From NCBI RefSeq assembly GCF_009834535.1, contig NC_045697.1, forward strand, positions 120,778,001 to 120,842,000: DNA of 64,000 nt, read 5' to 3'. The translations under genes were made by a program, and so were the position numbers. The first letter of the stretch is position 1. Every line of letters begins with the position of its first letter. Of this stretch, positions 11,950 to 26,100 are shown piece after piece. The DNA is from Camelus ferus (Eukaryota). The notes beneath the pieces are model-generated. The model did no database searches. It worked only from the letters and a program-made list of their open reading frames with translations, and was not told the DNA's origin.

Positions 11950-14900
11950 GTGGATGAAAGTATGGTTATCCACATGCTAACAACTCTGTATTGAATATTT
12001 GTGGAATCCGAGATGCATGTAGCATGTTCAGAACACGGAATTTCCCGGTGAGCGAATCTATGTAAATTACAAGTCCTTTGTTTAGAATTCGCTCCAAGAG
12101 CTTTTTGCTGCGAAATCTGCCGCATTTTCAAAACTGGAGATTGGAAAACACTGTGAAATCAGAGAAAATGCTTCTAAGTGTCACTATGCCTTTTATTGTG
12201 TTGAAAGTTCGGTAATCCACATGCAAACACATTTGTAGTGAATATTTGTCGAATCCCTTATGCATGTAGCGTGTTCGAAAGACGTAAATTCACAGCTATG
12301 GAATCTATGTAAATTACATGTCTAGTTGGTAGAAATCGCTTCAACAAATTTTTCCTTAGAAAAATGCCTAATTTTCAAAACTGCTATTAGGAAATTGCTG
12401 CGAACTCACAGTTAAAGTTTCTAGGTGCTAATATGTCTTGTGTGGTGGATGAAAGTTTGTAATGCACATGCTCGTAACACAGTAATGAATGCTTTCTGAA
12501 TCTGTGATGCATGTAGCATGTTCAGAACATGGAATGTCACAGTGAGGGAAAAATGTAAATTACATGTCTATTGGGTAGTACTCGCTCCAAGAGGATTTTT
12601 CTGCGAAAACTGCATGACTTTAGAAACTGACGTAAGGAGAAATCTACTAAATAAGAATAAATGTTTCTATGTGTAAATACACATTGTATGGTGGGTGAAA
12701 GTTCGGTAATACACATGTTCACCACTCAATAAACAATGTTTGTCGAATCAGTGATGCATGTAGCGTGTTCGGAACATGAAATGTCACAGTGAGTGAAAGC
12801 ATTTAAATTACATGTCCACTTGGTAGAACTTGCTCCAAAAGCATTTTTCTGTGAAATCTGCCTCATTTTCCAAACTGGCATTAGGAAAAAATTCGAATTT
12901 TGAGAAAATGCTTCTAAGTGTCAATATGACTTGTATGGTGATGAAAGTTCAGAAATACACATGCTAACAAATCTGTAGTGAATAATTTCCGAAACCGTGA
13001 TGCATGCAGTTTTTTCAGAACACAGAATTTGATGATGAGCGAATCTATGTAAATTACATGACTATTGGGTGGAACAAGTTCCAAGAGTATATTTCTTTGA
13101 AAACTGCCTGATTTCAGAAACTGACGTTAGGAAAAATTTTCAAAAATGAGAAAATGCTTGTAAGCGTCATTATGCCTTCTATGGTGTATAAAACTACGGT
13201 AATCCACATGCTAAAAAATTCTGTAGTGAATATTTGTCGAAACTCTTATGCATGCACCTTTCACGGAACACAGAATTTGACCGTGAGCGAACCTATGTAA
13301 ATCAAATGTCTATTGTGTAGAACTCTCTGCAAGAGCATTTTTCAGTGAAAACTGCCTCATTTTCGAAACTGGCGTTAGGAAAAACTTTCAAAAAATGAGA
13401 AAAAGCTTGTAAGCGCCATTATGCCTTGTATGGTGTATAAAACTACGGTAATCCACATGCTAACAACTCTGTATTGAATATTTGTGGAATCCGAGTTGCA
13501 TGTAGTGTGTTCAGAACACGGAAATTCACGGTGAGCGAATCTATGTAAATTACAATTCTCTTGGGTAGAACTCGCCCCAAGAGATATTTGCTGCGTAATC
13601 TGCCGCATTTTCAAACCTGGCGTTTGGAAAACTCTGTGAAAACACAGAAAATGCTTCTAAGTATCAATATGCCTTTTATTATGCTGAAAGTTCGGTAATC
13701 CACATGCAAAAACATTTGTAGTGGGTATATTTCGAATACGTTATAAATGTAGCGTGTTCGAAAGATGTAATTTCACAGCAATGGAATCTATGTACATTAC
13801 ATGCCTAGTAGGTAGAAATCGCTCCAACAGATTTTTCCTTAGAAAAATGCCTAATTTACAAAACTGCTATTAGGAATTTCCTGCGAACTCAGAGTCAATG
13901 TTTCTAGGTGCTAATATGTCTTGTGTGGTGGATGAAAGTTTGTAATGCACATGCTTACACTCAATAAAGAATGTTGTAGAATCTGTGATGCATGTAATGT
14001 ATTCGGAACACGGAATGTCATGGTAACTGAAACTATGTTAATTGTAAGTCTATTGGATAGAACTCACTCCAAGAGGATTTTTCTGTGAAAACTGTCTTAT
14101 TTTCGAAACTGGCATTAAGAAATATCTGCAAATAGTGAGTACATGCTTCTAGCTGTATATATACATTGTATGGTAGATGAAAGTACATTAATCCACATGC
14201 TAACAACTCAGCAGTTAATATTTGTCAAACTACGGTGCATGTAGCATGTTCGGAGCACGGTATGTCACGGCGAGGAGTTCTATGTAAATTACATGTCTAT
14301 TGTGTAGAACAATCTACAAGAGAATTATCCTGCAAAAGTTGCCTGATATTATAAACTGCAGTTAGGAAAATGCTGCAAAATTATAATAATATTTTCAAGG
14401 TGTTTATATGCATTTTACGGTGAATGAAAGTTCTGTAATTCACAGGCACACAACTGACTAATGAATGTTTGTCAAATCCGTGATGAATGCAGTGTGTTCA
14501 GACCACGGAAAGTCACTTTGTGGGAAACAATTGAAATTGCAATTCTAATGGGTAGAACTCACATGCAGAGATTTTTTCTGGGAAAACTTTATGATTTTCG
14601 AGACTGACGTTAGGAAAAATCTGTGAAATCAGAGTAAATATTTCTAGGTGTATTTATGCCTTGTATGGTGGATGAAAGTTCTGTAATCCACATGCACACA
14701 AATGAGTAATGAATGTTTGTCAAATCCGTGATGCATGTAGCGTGTTCAGAAAATGGAAAGTCACTTTGAGGGAAACTAAATTACAATTCTACTGGGTAGA
14801 ACTCGCATGAAGAGGTTTTTTCTGCGAAAACTTCATGATTTTTGAAACTGAAGTTAGGAAAAAGCTGTGAAAGCAGAGTCAATATTTCTAGGTGTAAATA

Positions 14901-15405
14901 TACCTTGTATGGTGGTTGAAAGTTTGGTAATCCACATGTTCACAACTCATTAAAAAATGTTTGTCAATCCGTGATGCACTTATAATATTATGAACACAGA
15001 ATATCATGGTGAAAGAAACATTGTAAATTACATATTTATTGGGTAGAACTCACTCCAAAAGTATATTTCTGTGAAATCTGCCTCACTTTCAAAACTGGCA
15101 TAAGGAAAAGTGTTCGAAATCTGAGAAAATGTTTCTAAGGCAAATATGACTTTAATGGTGGATGAAAGTACAGTAATCCACATGCTAAAAAATTCTGTAG
15201 TGAATATTTGTCGAAACTGTTATGCATGCAACTTTCTCGGAACACAGAATTTGACGGTGAGCCAACCTATGTAAATCAAATGTCTATTGTGTAGAACTCT
15301 CTGCAAGAGCATTTTTCGGTGAAAACTGCCTCATTTTCGAAACTGGCGTTAGGAAAAACTTTCAAAAATGAGAAAATGCTTGTAAGCGCCATTATGCCTT
15401 GTATA
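11950..15405 (+). repeat. HOR unit, 14-mer (A B C D E [extra K'] A' B' C' F' G' H' J' K'), 3456 bp
   Basis: A-anchors at 11950 and 15406; extra hybrid monomer at 13184-13432. Confidence 0.85.
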
Positions 15406-18400
15406 GTGGATGAAAGTACGGTAATCCACATGCTAACAACTCTGTATTGAATATTTGTGGAATCCGAGATGCATGTAGAGTGTTCAGAACACGGAATTTC
15501 CCGGTGAGCGAATCTATGTAAATTACAAGTCCTTTGTTTAGAATTCGCTCCAAGAGCTTTTTGCTGCGAAATCTGCCGCATTTTCAAAACTGGCGTTTGG
15601 AAAACACTGTGAAATCAGAGAAAATGCTTCTAAGTGTCACTATGCCTTTTATTGTGTTGAAAGTTCGGTAATCCACATGCAAACACATTTGTAGTGAATA
15701 TTTGTCGAATCCGTTATGCATGTAGCGTGTTCGAAAGACGTAATTTCACAGCAATGGAATCTATGTAAATTACATGTCTAGTGGGTAGAAATCGCTCCAA
15801 CAGTTTTTTCCTTAGAAAAATGCCTAATTTTCAAAACTGCTATTAGGAAATTGCTGCGAACTCAGAGTTAATGTTTCTAGGTGATAATATGTCTTGTGTG
15901 GTGGATGAAAGTTTGTAATGCACATGCTCGTAACACAGTAATGAATGCTTTCTGAATCTGTGATGCATGTAGCATGTTCAGAACATGGAATGTCACAGTG
16001 AGGGGAAAAATGTAAATTACATGTCTATTGGGTAGTACTCGCTCCAAGAGGATTTTTCTGCGAAAACTGCATTGATTTTAGGAAACTGACGTAAGGAGAA
16101 ATCTACTAAATAAGAATAAATGTTTCTATGTGTAAATACACATTGTATGGTGGGTGAAAGTTCGGTAATACACATGTTCACCACTCAATAAAGAATGTTT
16201 GTCGAATCAGTGATGCATGTAGCGTGTTCGGAACATGAAATGTCACGGTGAGTGAAAGCATTTAAATTACATGTCCACTTGGTAGAACTTGCTCCAAAAG
16301 CATTTTTCTGTGAAATCTGCCTCATTTTCCAAACTGGCATTAGGAAAAAATTCGAATTTTGAGAAAATGCTTCTAAGTGTCAATATGACTTGTATGGTGA
16401 TGAAAGTTCAGAAATACACATGCTAACAAATCTGTAGTGAATATTTTCCGAAACCGTGATGCATGCAGTTTTTTCAGAACACAGAATTTGACGATGAGCG
16501 AATCTATGTAAATTACATGACTATTGGGTGGAACAAGTTCCAAGAGTATATTTCTTTGAAAACTGCCTGATTTCAGAAACTGACGTTAGGAAAAATCTGC
16601 ATATACTTTGTACATGTTTCTAGCTGTATATATACATTTATGGTAGATGAAAGTTCAGTAATCTACATGCTAACAACTCAGCAGTGAATATTTGTCGAAC
16701 CTGCGGTGCAAGTAGCAAGTTTGAATCAGGGAATGTCACGGCGAGGGACTCTATGTAAATTATAAGTCCAATGTGTAGAACATGCTACCAGAGATTTATC
16801 CTGCTATAGTTGCCTGATTTTCTAAACTGCCATTAGGAAAAAGCTGCGAACTCAGAATAATGTTTTCTAGGTTTATATATGCCTTATATGGTGGATGAAA
16901 ATTCTGTAATCTACACGCACACAACTGAGTAATGAATGTTTGTCAAAACTGTGATGAATTAAGCATGTTCGGACCATGGAAAGTCACTTTGTGGGTAACT
17001 ATTGAAATTACAATTCTACTGGGTCGAACTCGCTTGCAGAGGTTTCTTCTGCATAAACATCATGATTTTCAAAACAGACGGTAGGAAAAAGTAGTGAAAT
17101 CAGAGTAAATATTTCTAGGTGTATATATGACTTATATGGTGGATGAAAGTTCTGTCAACCACATGCACACAACTGAGTAATTAACGTTTGTCAAATCCGT
17201 GATGCATGTAGCATGTTCAGAAAACGGAAAGTCACTTTGAGGGAAACTGCTTAAATTACAATTCCTCTGGATAGAACTCGCTTGAAGAGGTTTTTTCCTG
17301 AGAAAACTTCATGATTTTAAAACCTGAAGTTAGGAAAAAGCTGTGAAAGCAGAGTAAATATTTCTAGGTGTAAATATGCCTTGTATGGTGGATTAAATTT
17401 CGGAAATCCACATGCTCTCGAATCAGTAATGAATGTTTTATAAATCCAGTATGCATATAGCGTGTTCTGAACAAGGAATGTCATGGTAAGTGAAACATTG
17501 TAAATTTCATGTCTGTCTGATAAAACACACTCGAAGAGAATTTTCCTGTGAAATCTGCCTGTTTTTTGCAACTGGCATTCAGACAAATCTGCAAACACAG
17601 AGAAAAATTTCTAGGGGCAAATATGCCGTGTTTGTTGGTTGAATGTTCGGTAATCAACACGTTCCCAACTCATTAATAAATGTTTGTCGAATCCGTGATC
17701 CATGTAACGTGTTCGGAACACAGGCTATCACGGTAATAGAAACCTTGCAAATTACACATGTATTAGGTAGAACTCGCTCCAAAAGCATTTATCTGCGAAA
17801 TCTGCCTCATTTTCAAATCTGGCATTTGAAAAACACATCGAAATCTGAGAAAATGATTCTAAGTGTCAATATGAATTGTATGGTGGATGAAAGTTCAGTA
17901 ATCCACATGCTAAAAAATTCTGTAGTGAATATTGTCGAAACTGTTATGCATGCAGCTTTCTCGGAACACAGAATTTGATGGTGAGCGAACCTATGTAAAT
18001 TAAATGTCTATTGTGTAGAACTCTCTCCAAGAGCATTTTTCGGTGAAAACTGCCTCATTTTCGAAACCGGCGTTAGGAAAAACTTTCAAAAAATGAGAAA
18101 ATGCTTGTAAGCGCCATTATGCCTTGTATGGTGTATAAAACTACGGTAATCCACATGCTAACAACTCTGAATTGAATATTTGTGGAATCCGAGTTGCATG
18201 TAGCGTGTTCAGAACACGGAAATTCACGGTGAGCGAATCTATGTAAATTACAAATCTCTTGGCTAGAACTCGCCCCAAGAGATATTTGCTGCGAAATCTG
18301 CCGCATTTTCAAAACTGGCGTTTGGAAAACTCTGTGAAAACAGAGAAAATGCTTCTAAGTATCAATATGCCTTTTATTATGCTGAAAGTTCGGTAATCCA

Positions 18401-20104
18401 CATGCAAACACATTTGTAGCGGGTATATTTCAAATACATTATGAATGTAGCGTGTTCGAAAGACGTAATTTCACAGCAATGGAATCTATGTACATTACAT
18501 GCCTAGTAGGTAGAAATCGCTCCAACAGATTTTTCCTTAGAAAAATGCTTAATTTACAAAACTGCTATTAGGAATTTCCTGCGAAATAAGAGTCAATGTT
18601 TCTAGGTGCTAATATGTCTTGTGTGGTGGATGAAAGTTTGTAATGCACATGCTTACACTCAATAAAGAATGTTGTAGAATCTGTGATGCATGTAATGTAT
18701 TCGGAACACGGAATGTCATGGTAACTGAAACTATGTTAACTGTAAGTCTATTGGATAGAACTCACTCCAAGAGGATTTTTCTGTGAAAACTGTCTTATTT
18801 TCGAAACTGGCATTAAGAAATATCTGCAAATAGTGAGTACATGCTTCTAGCTGTATATATACATTGTATGGTAGATGAAAGTACATTAATCCACATGCTA
18901 ACAACTCAGCAGTTAATATTTGTCAAACTACGGTGCATGTAGCATGTTCGGAGCACGGTATGTCACGGCGAGGAGTTCTATGTAAATTACATGTCTATTG
19001 TGTAGAACAATCTACAAGAGAATTATCCTGCAAAAGTTGCCTGATATTATAAACTGCAGTTAGGAAAATGCTGCAAAATCAGAATAATATTTTCAAGGTG
19101 TTTATATGCATTTTACGGTGAATGAAAGTTCTGTAATTCACAGGCACACAACTGACTAATGAATGTTTGTCAAATCCGTGATGAATGCAGTGTGTTCAGA
19201 CCACGGAAAGTCACTTTGTGGGAAACAATTGAAATTGCAATTCTAATGGTTAGAACTCACATGCAGAGATTTTTTCTGGGAAAACTTTATGATTTTCGAG
19301 ACTGACGTTAGGAAAAATCTGTGAAATCAGAGTAAATATTTCTAGGTGTATTTATGCCTTGTATGGTGGATGAAAGTTCTGCAATCCACATGCACACAAA
19401 TGAGTAATGAATGTTTGTCAAATCCGTGATGCATGTAGCGTGTTCAGAAAATGGAAAGTCACTTTGAGGGAAACTAAATTACAATTCTACTGGGTAGAAC
19501 TCGCATGAAGAGGTTTTTTCTGCGAAAACTTCATGATTTTTGAAACTGAAGTTAGGAAAAAGCTGTGAAAGCAGAGTCAATATTTCTAGGTGTAAATATA
19601 CCTTGTATGGTGGTTGAAAGTTTGGTAATCCACATGTTCACAACTCATTAAAAAATGTTTGTCAATCCGTGATGCACTTATCATATTCTGAACACAGAAT
19701 ATCATGGTGAAAGAAACTTTGTAAATTACATATTTATTGGGTAGAACTCACTCCAAAAGTATATTTCTGTGAAATCTGCCTCATTTTCAAAACTGGCATA
19801 AGGAAAAGAGTTCGAAATCTGAGAAAATGTTTCTAAGGCAAATATGACTTTAATGGTGGATGAAAGTACAGTAATCCACATGCTAAAAAATTCTGTAGTG
19901 AATATTTGTCGAAACAGTTATGCATGCAACTTTCTCGGAACACAGAATTTGACGGTGAGCCAACCTATGTAAATCAAATGTCTATTGTGTAGAACTCTCT
20001 GCAAGAGCATTTTTCGGTGAAAACTGCCTCATTTTCGAAACTGGCGTTAGGAAAAACTTTCAAAAAATGAGAAAATGCTTGTAAGCGCCATTATGCCTTT
20101 TATG
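15406..20104 (+). repeat. HOR unit, 19-mer, 4699 bp
   Basis: A-anchors at 15406 and 20105; same monomer order as 7258-11949. Confidence 0.9.
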
Positions 20105-23100
20105 GTGGATGAAAGTACGGTAATCCACATGCTAACAACTCTGTATTGAATATTTGTGGAATCCGAGATGCATGTAGCATGTTCAGAACACGGAATTTCC
20201 CGGTGAGCGTATCTATGTAAATTACAAGTCCTTTGTTTAGAATTCGCTCCAAGAGCTTTTTGCTGCGAAATCTGCCGCATTTTCAAAACTGGCGTTTGGA
20301 AAACACTGTGAAATCAGAGAAAATGCTTCTAAGTGTCACTATGCCTTTTATTGTGTTGAAAGTTCGGTAATCCACATGCAAACACATTTGTAGTGAATAT
20401 TTGTCGAATCCGTTATGCATGTAGCGTGTTCGAAAGACGTAATTTCACAGCAATGGAATCTATGTAAATTACATGTCTAGTGGGTAGAAATCGCTCCAAC
20501 AGTTTTTTCCTTAGAAAAATGCCTAATTTTCAAAACTGCTATTAGGAAATTGCTGCGAACTCAGAGTTAATGTTTCTAGGTGATAATATGTCTTGTGTGG
20601 TGGATGAAAGTTTGTAATGCACATGCTCGTAACACAGTAATGAATGCTTTCTGAATCTGTGATGCATGTAGCATGTTCAGAACATGGAATGTCACAGTGA
20701 GGGGAAAAATGTAAATTACATGTCTATTGGGTAGTACTCGCTCCAAGAGGATTTTTCTGCGAAAACTGCATGATTTTAGAAACTGACGTAAGGAGAAATC
20801 TACTAAAGAAGAATAAATGTTTCTATGTGTAAATACACATTGTATGGTGGGTGAAAGTTCGGTAATACACATGTTCACCACTCAATAAAGAATGTTTGTC
20901 GAATCAGTGATGCATGTAGCGTGTTCGGAACATGAAATGTCACGGTGAGTGAAAGCATTTAAATTACATGTCCACTTGGTAGAACTTGCTCCAAAAGCAT
21001 TTTTCTGTGAAATCTGCCTCATTTTCCAAACTGGCATTAGGAAAAATTTCGAATTTTGAGAAAATGCTTCTAAGTGTCAATATGACTTGTATGGTGATGA
21101 GAGTTCAGAAATACACATGCTAACAAATCTGTAGTGAATATTTTCCGAAACCGTGATGCATGCATTTTTTTCATAACACAGAATTTGACGATGAGTGAAT
21201 CTATGTAAATTACATGACTATTGGGTGGAACAAGTTCCAAGAGTATATTTCTTTGAAAACTGCCTGATTTCAGAAACTGACGTTAGGAAAAATTTTCAAA
21301 AAATGAGAAAATGCTTGTAAGCGCCATTATGCCTTGTATGGTGTATAAAACTACGGTAATCCACATGCTAACAACTCTGTATTGAATATTTGTGGAATCC
21401 GAGTTGCATGTAGCGTGTTCAGAACACGGAAATTCACGGTGAGCGAATCTATGTAAATTACAATTCTCTTGGCTAGAACTCGCCCCAAGAGATATTTGCT
21501 GCGAAATCTGCCGCATTTTCAAAACTGGCGTTTGGAAAACTCTGTGAAAACAGAGAAAATGCTTCTAAGTATCAATATGCCTTTTATTATGCTGAAAGTT
21601 CGGTAATCCACATGCAAAAACATTTGTAGTGTGTATATTTCGAATACGTTATGAATGTAGCGTGTTCGAAAGACGTAATTTCACATCAATGGAATCTATG
21701 TACATTACATGCCTAGTAGGTAGAAATCGCTCCAACAGATTTTTCCTTAGAAAAATGCCTAATTTACAAAACTGCTATTAGGAATTTCCTGCGAAATAAG
21801 AGTCAATGTTTCTACGTGCTAATATGTCTTGTGTGGTGGATGAAAGTTTGTAATGCACATGCTTACACTCAATAAAGAATGTTGTAGAATCTGTGATGCA
21901 TTTAATGTATTCGGAACACGGAATGTCATGGTAACTGAAACTATGTTAACTGTAAGTCTATTGGATAGAACTCACTCCAAGAGTATTTTTCTGTGAAAAC
22001 TGTCTTATTTTCGAAACTGGCATTAAGAAATATCTGCAAATAGTGAGTACATGCTTCTAGCTGTATATATACATTGTATGGTAGATGAAAGTACATTAAT
22101 CCACATGCTAACAACTCAGCAGTTAATATTTGTCAAACTACGGTGCATGTAGCATGTTCGGAGCACGGTATGTCACGGCGAGGAGTTCTATGTAAATTAC
22201 ATGTCTATTGTGTAGAACAATCTACAAGAGAATTATCCTGCAAAAGTTGCCTGATATTTTAAACTGCAGTTAGGAAAATGCTGCAAAATCAGAATAATAT
22301 TTTCAAGGTGTTTATATGCATTTTACGGTGAATGAAAGTTCTGTAATTCACAGGCACACAACTGACTAATGAATGTTTGTCAAATCCGTGATGAATGCAG
22401 TGTGTTCAGACCACGGAAAGTCACTTTGTGGGAAACAATTGAAATTGCAATTCTAATGGGTAGAACTCACATGCAGAGATTTTTTCTGGGAAAACTTTAT
22501 GATTTTCGAGACTGACGTTAGGAAAAATCTGTGAAATCAGAGTAAATATTTCTAGGTGTATTTATGCCTTGTATGGTGGATGAAAGTTCTGCAATCCACA
22601 TGCACACAAATGAGTAATGAATGTTTGTCAAATCCGTGATGCATGTAGCGTGTTCAGAAAATGGAAAGTCACTTTGAGGGAAACTAAATTACAATTCTAC
22701 TGGGTAGAACTCGCATGAAGAGGTTTTTTCTGCGAAAACTTCATGATTTTTGAAACTGAAGTTAGGAAAAAGCTGTGAAAGCAGAGTCAATATTTCTAGG
22801 TGTAAATATACCTTGTATGGTGGTTGAAAGTTTGGTAATCCACATGTTCACAACTCATTAAAAAATGTTTGTCAATCCGTGATGCACTTATCATATTCTG
22901 AACACAGAATATCATGGTGAAAAAAACTTTGTAAATTACATATTTATTGGGTAGAACTCACTCCAAAAGTATATTTCTGTGAAATCTGCCTCATTTTCAA
23001 TACTGGCATAAGGAAAAGAGTTCGAAATCTGAGAAAATGTTTCTAAGGCAAATATGACTTTAATGGTGGATGAAAGTACATTAATCCACATGCTAAAAAA

Positions 23101-26100
23101 TTCTGTAGTGAATATTTGTCGAAACTGTTATGCATGCAACTTTCTCGGAACACAGAAATTGACGGTGAGCCAACCTATGTAAATCAAATGTCTATTGTGT
23201 AGAACTCTCTGCAAGAGCATTTTTCGGTGAAAACTGCCTCATTTTCGAAACTGGCGTTAGGAAAAACTTTCAAAAAATGAGAAAATGCTTGTAAGCGCCA
23301 TTATGCCTTGTATGGTGGATGAAAGTACGGTAATCCACATGCTAACAACTCTGTATTGAATATTTGTGGAATCCGAGATGCATGTAGCATGTTCAGAACA
23401 CGGAATTTCCCGGTGAGCGAATCTATGTAAATTACAAGTCCTTTGTTTAGAATTCTCTCCAAGAGCTTTTTGCTGCGAAATCTGCCGCATTTTCAAAACT
23501 GGCGTTTGGAAAACACTGTGAAATCAGAGAAAATGCTTCTAAGTGTCACTATGCCTTTTATTGTGTTGAAAGTTCGGTAATCCACATGCAAACACATTTG
23601 TAGTGAATATTTGTCGAATCCGTTATGCATGTAGCGTGTTCGAAAGACGTAATTTCACAGCAATGGAATCTATGTAAATTACATGTCTAGTGGGTAGAAA
23701 TCGCTCCAACAGTTTTTTCCTTAGAAAAATGCCTAATTTTCAAAACTGCTATTAGGAAATTGCTGCGAACTCAGAGTTAATGTTTCTAGGTGATAATATG
23801 TCTTGTGTGGTGGATGAAAGTTTGTAATGCACATGCTCGTAACACAGTAATGAATGCTTTCTGAATCTGTGATGCATGTAGCATGTTCAGAACATGGAAT
23901 GTCACAGTGAGGGGAAAATGTAAATTACATGTCTATTGGGTAGTACTCGCTCCAAGAGGATTTTTCTGCGAAAACTGCATGATTTTAGAAACTGACGTAA
24001 GGAGAAATCTACTAAAGAAGAATAAATGTTTCTATGTGTAAATACACATTGTATGGTGGGTGAAAGTTCGGTAATACACATGTTCACCACTCAATAAAGA
24101 ATGTTTGAAGAATCAGTGATGCATGTAGCGTGTTCGGAACATGAAATGTCACGGTGAGTGAAAGCATTTAAATTACATGTCCACTTGGTAGAACTTGCTC
24201 CAAAAGCATTTTTCTGTGAAATCTGCCTCATTTTCCAAACTGGCATTAGGAAAAAATTCGAATTTTGAGAAAATGCTTCTAAGTGTCAATATGACTTGTA
24301 TGGTGATGAAAGTTCAGAAATACACATGCTAACAAATCTGTAGTGAATATTTTCCGAAACCGTGATGCATGCAGTTTTTTCAGAACACAGAATTTGACGA
24401 TGAGTGAATCTATGTAAATTACATGACTATTGGGTGGAACAAGTTCCAAGAGTATATTTCTTTGAAAACTGCCTTTTTTCAGAAACTGACGTTAGGAAAA
24501 ATTTTCAAAAAATGAGAAAATGCTTGTAAGCGCCATTATGCCTTGTATGGTGTATAAAACTACGGTAATCCACATGCTAACAACTCTGTATTGAATATTT
24601 GTGGAATCCGAGTTGCATGTAGCGTGTTCAGAACACGGAAATTCACGGTGAGCGAATCTATGTAAATTACAATTCTCTTGGCTAGAACTCGCCCCAAGAG
24701 ATATTTGCTGCGAAATCTGCCGCATTTTCAAAACTGGCGTTTGGAAAACTCTGTGAAAACAGAGAAAATGCTTCTAAGTATCAATATGCCTTTTGTTATG
24801 CTGAAAGTTCGGTAATCCACATGCAAACACATTTGTAGTGGGTATATTTCAAATACATTATGAATGTAGCGTGTTCGAAAGACGTAATTTCACAGCAATG
24901 GAATCTATGTACATTACATGCCTAGTAGGTAGAAATCGCTCCAACAGATTTTTCCTTAGAAAAATGCCTTAATTTACAAAACTGCTATTAGGAATTTCCT
25001 GCGAAATCAGAGTCAATGTTTCTAGGTGCTAATATGTTTTGTGTGGTGGATGAAAGTTTGTAATGCACATGCTTACACTCAATAAAGAATGTTGTAGAAT
25101 CTGTGATGCATTTAATGTATTCGGAACACGGAATGTCATGGTAACTGAAACTATGTTAACTGTAAGTCTATTGGATAGAACTCACTCCAAGAGGATTTTT
25201 CTGTGAAAACTGTCTTATTTTCGAAACTGGCATTAAGAAATATCTGCAAATAGTGAGTACATGCTTCTAGCTGTATATATATATTGTATGGTAGATGAAA
25301 GTACATTAATCTACATGCTAACAACTCAGCAGTTAATATTTGTCAAACTACGGTGCATGTAGCATGTTCGGAGCACGGTATGTCACGGCGAGGAGTTCTA
25401 TGTAAATTACATGTCTATTGTGTAGAACAATCTACAAGAGAATTATCCTGCAAAAGTTGCCTGATATTATAAACTGCAGTTAGGAAAATGCTGCAAAATC
25501 AGAATAATATTTTCAAGGTGTTTATATGCATTTTACGGTGAATGAAAGTTCTGTAATTCACAGGCACACAACTGACTAATGAATGTTTGTCAAATCCGTG
25601 ATGAATGCAGTGTGTTCAGACCACGGAAAGTCACTTTGTGGGAAACAATTGAAATTGCAATTCTAATGGGTAGAACTCACATGCAGAGATTTTTTCTGGG
25701 AAAACTTTATGATTTTCGAGACTGACGTTAGGAAAAATCTGTGAAATCAGAGTAAATATTTCTAGGTGTATTTATGCCTTGTATGGTGGATGAAAGTTCT
25801 GCAATCCACATGCACACAAATGAGTAATGAATGTTTGTCAAATCCGTGATGCATGTAGCGTGTTCAGAAAATGGAAAGTCACTTTGAGGGAAACTAAATT
25901 ACAATTCTACTGGGTAGAACTCGCATGAAGAGGTTTTTTCTGCGAAAACTTCATGATTTTTGAAACTGAAGTTAGGAAAAAGCTGTGAAAGCAGAGTCAA
26001 TATTTCTAGGTGTAAATATACCTTGTATGGTGGTTGAAAGTTTGGTAATCCACATGTTCACAACTCATTAAAAAATGTTTGTCAATCCGTGATGCACTTA

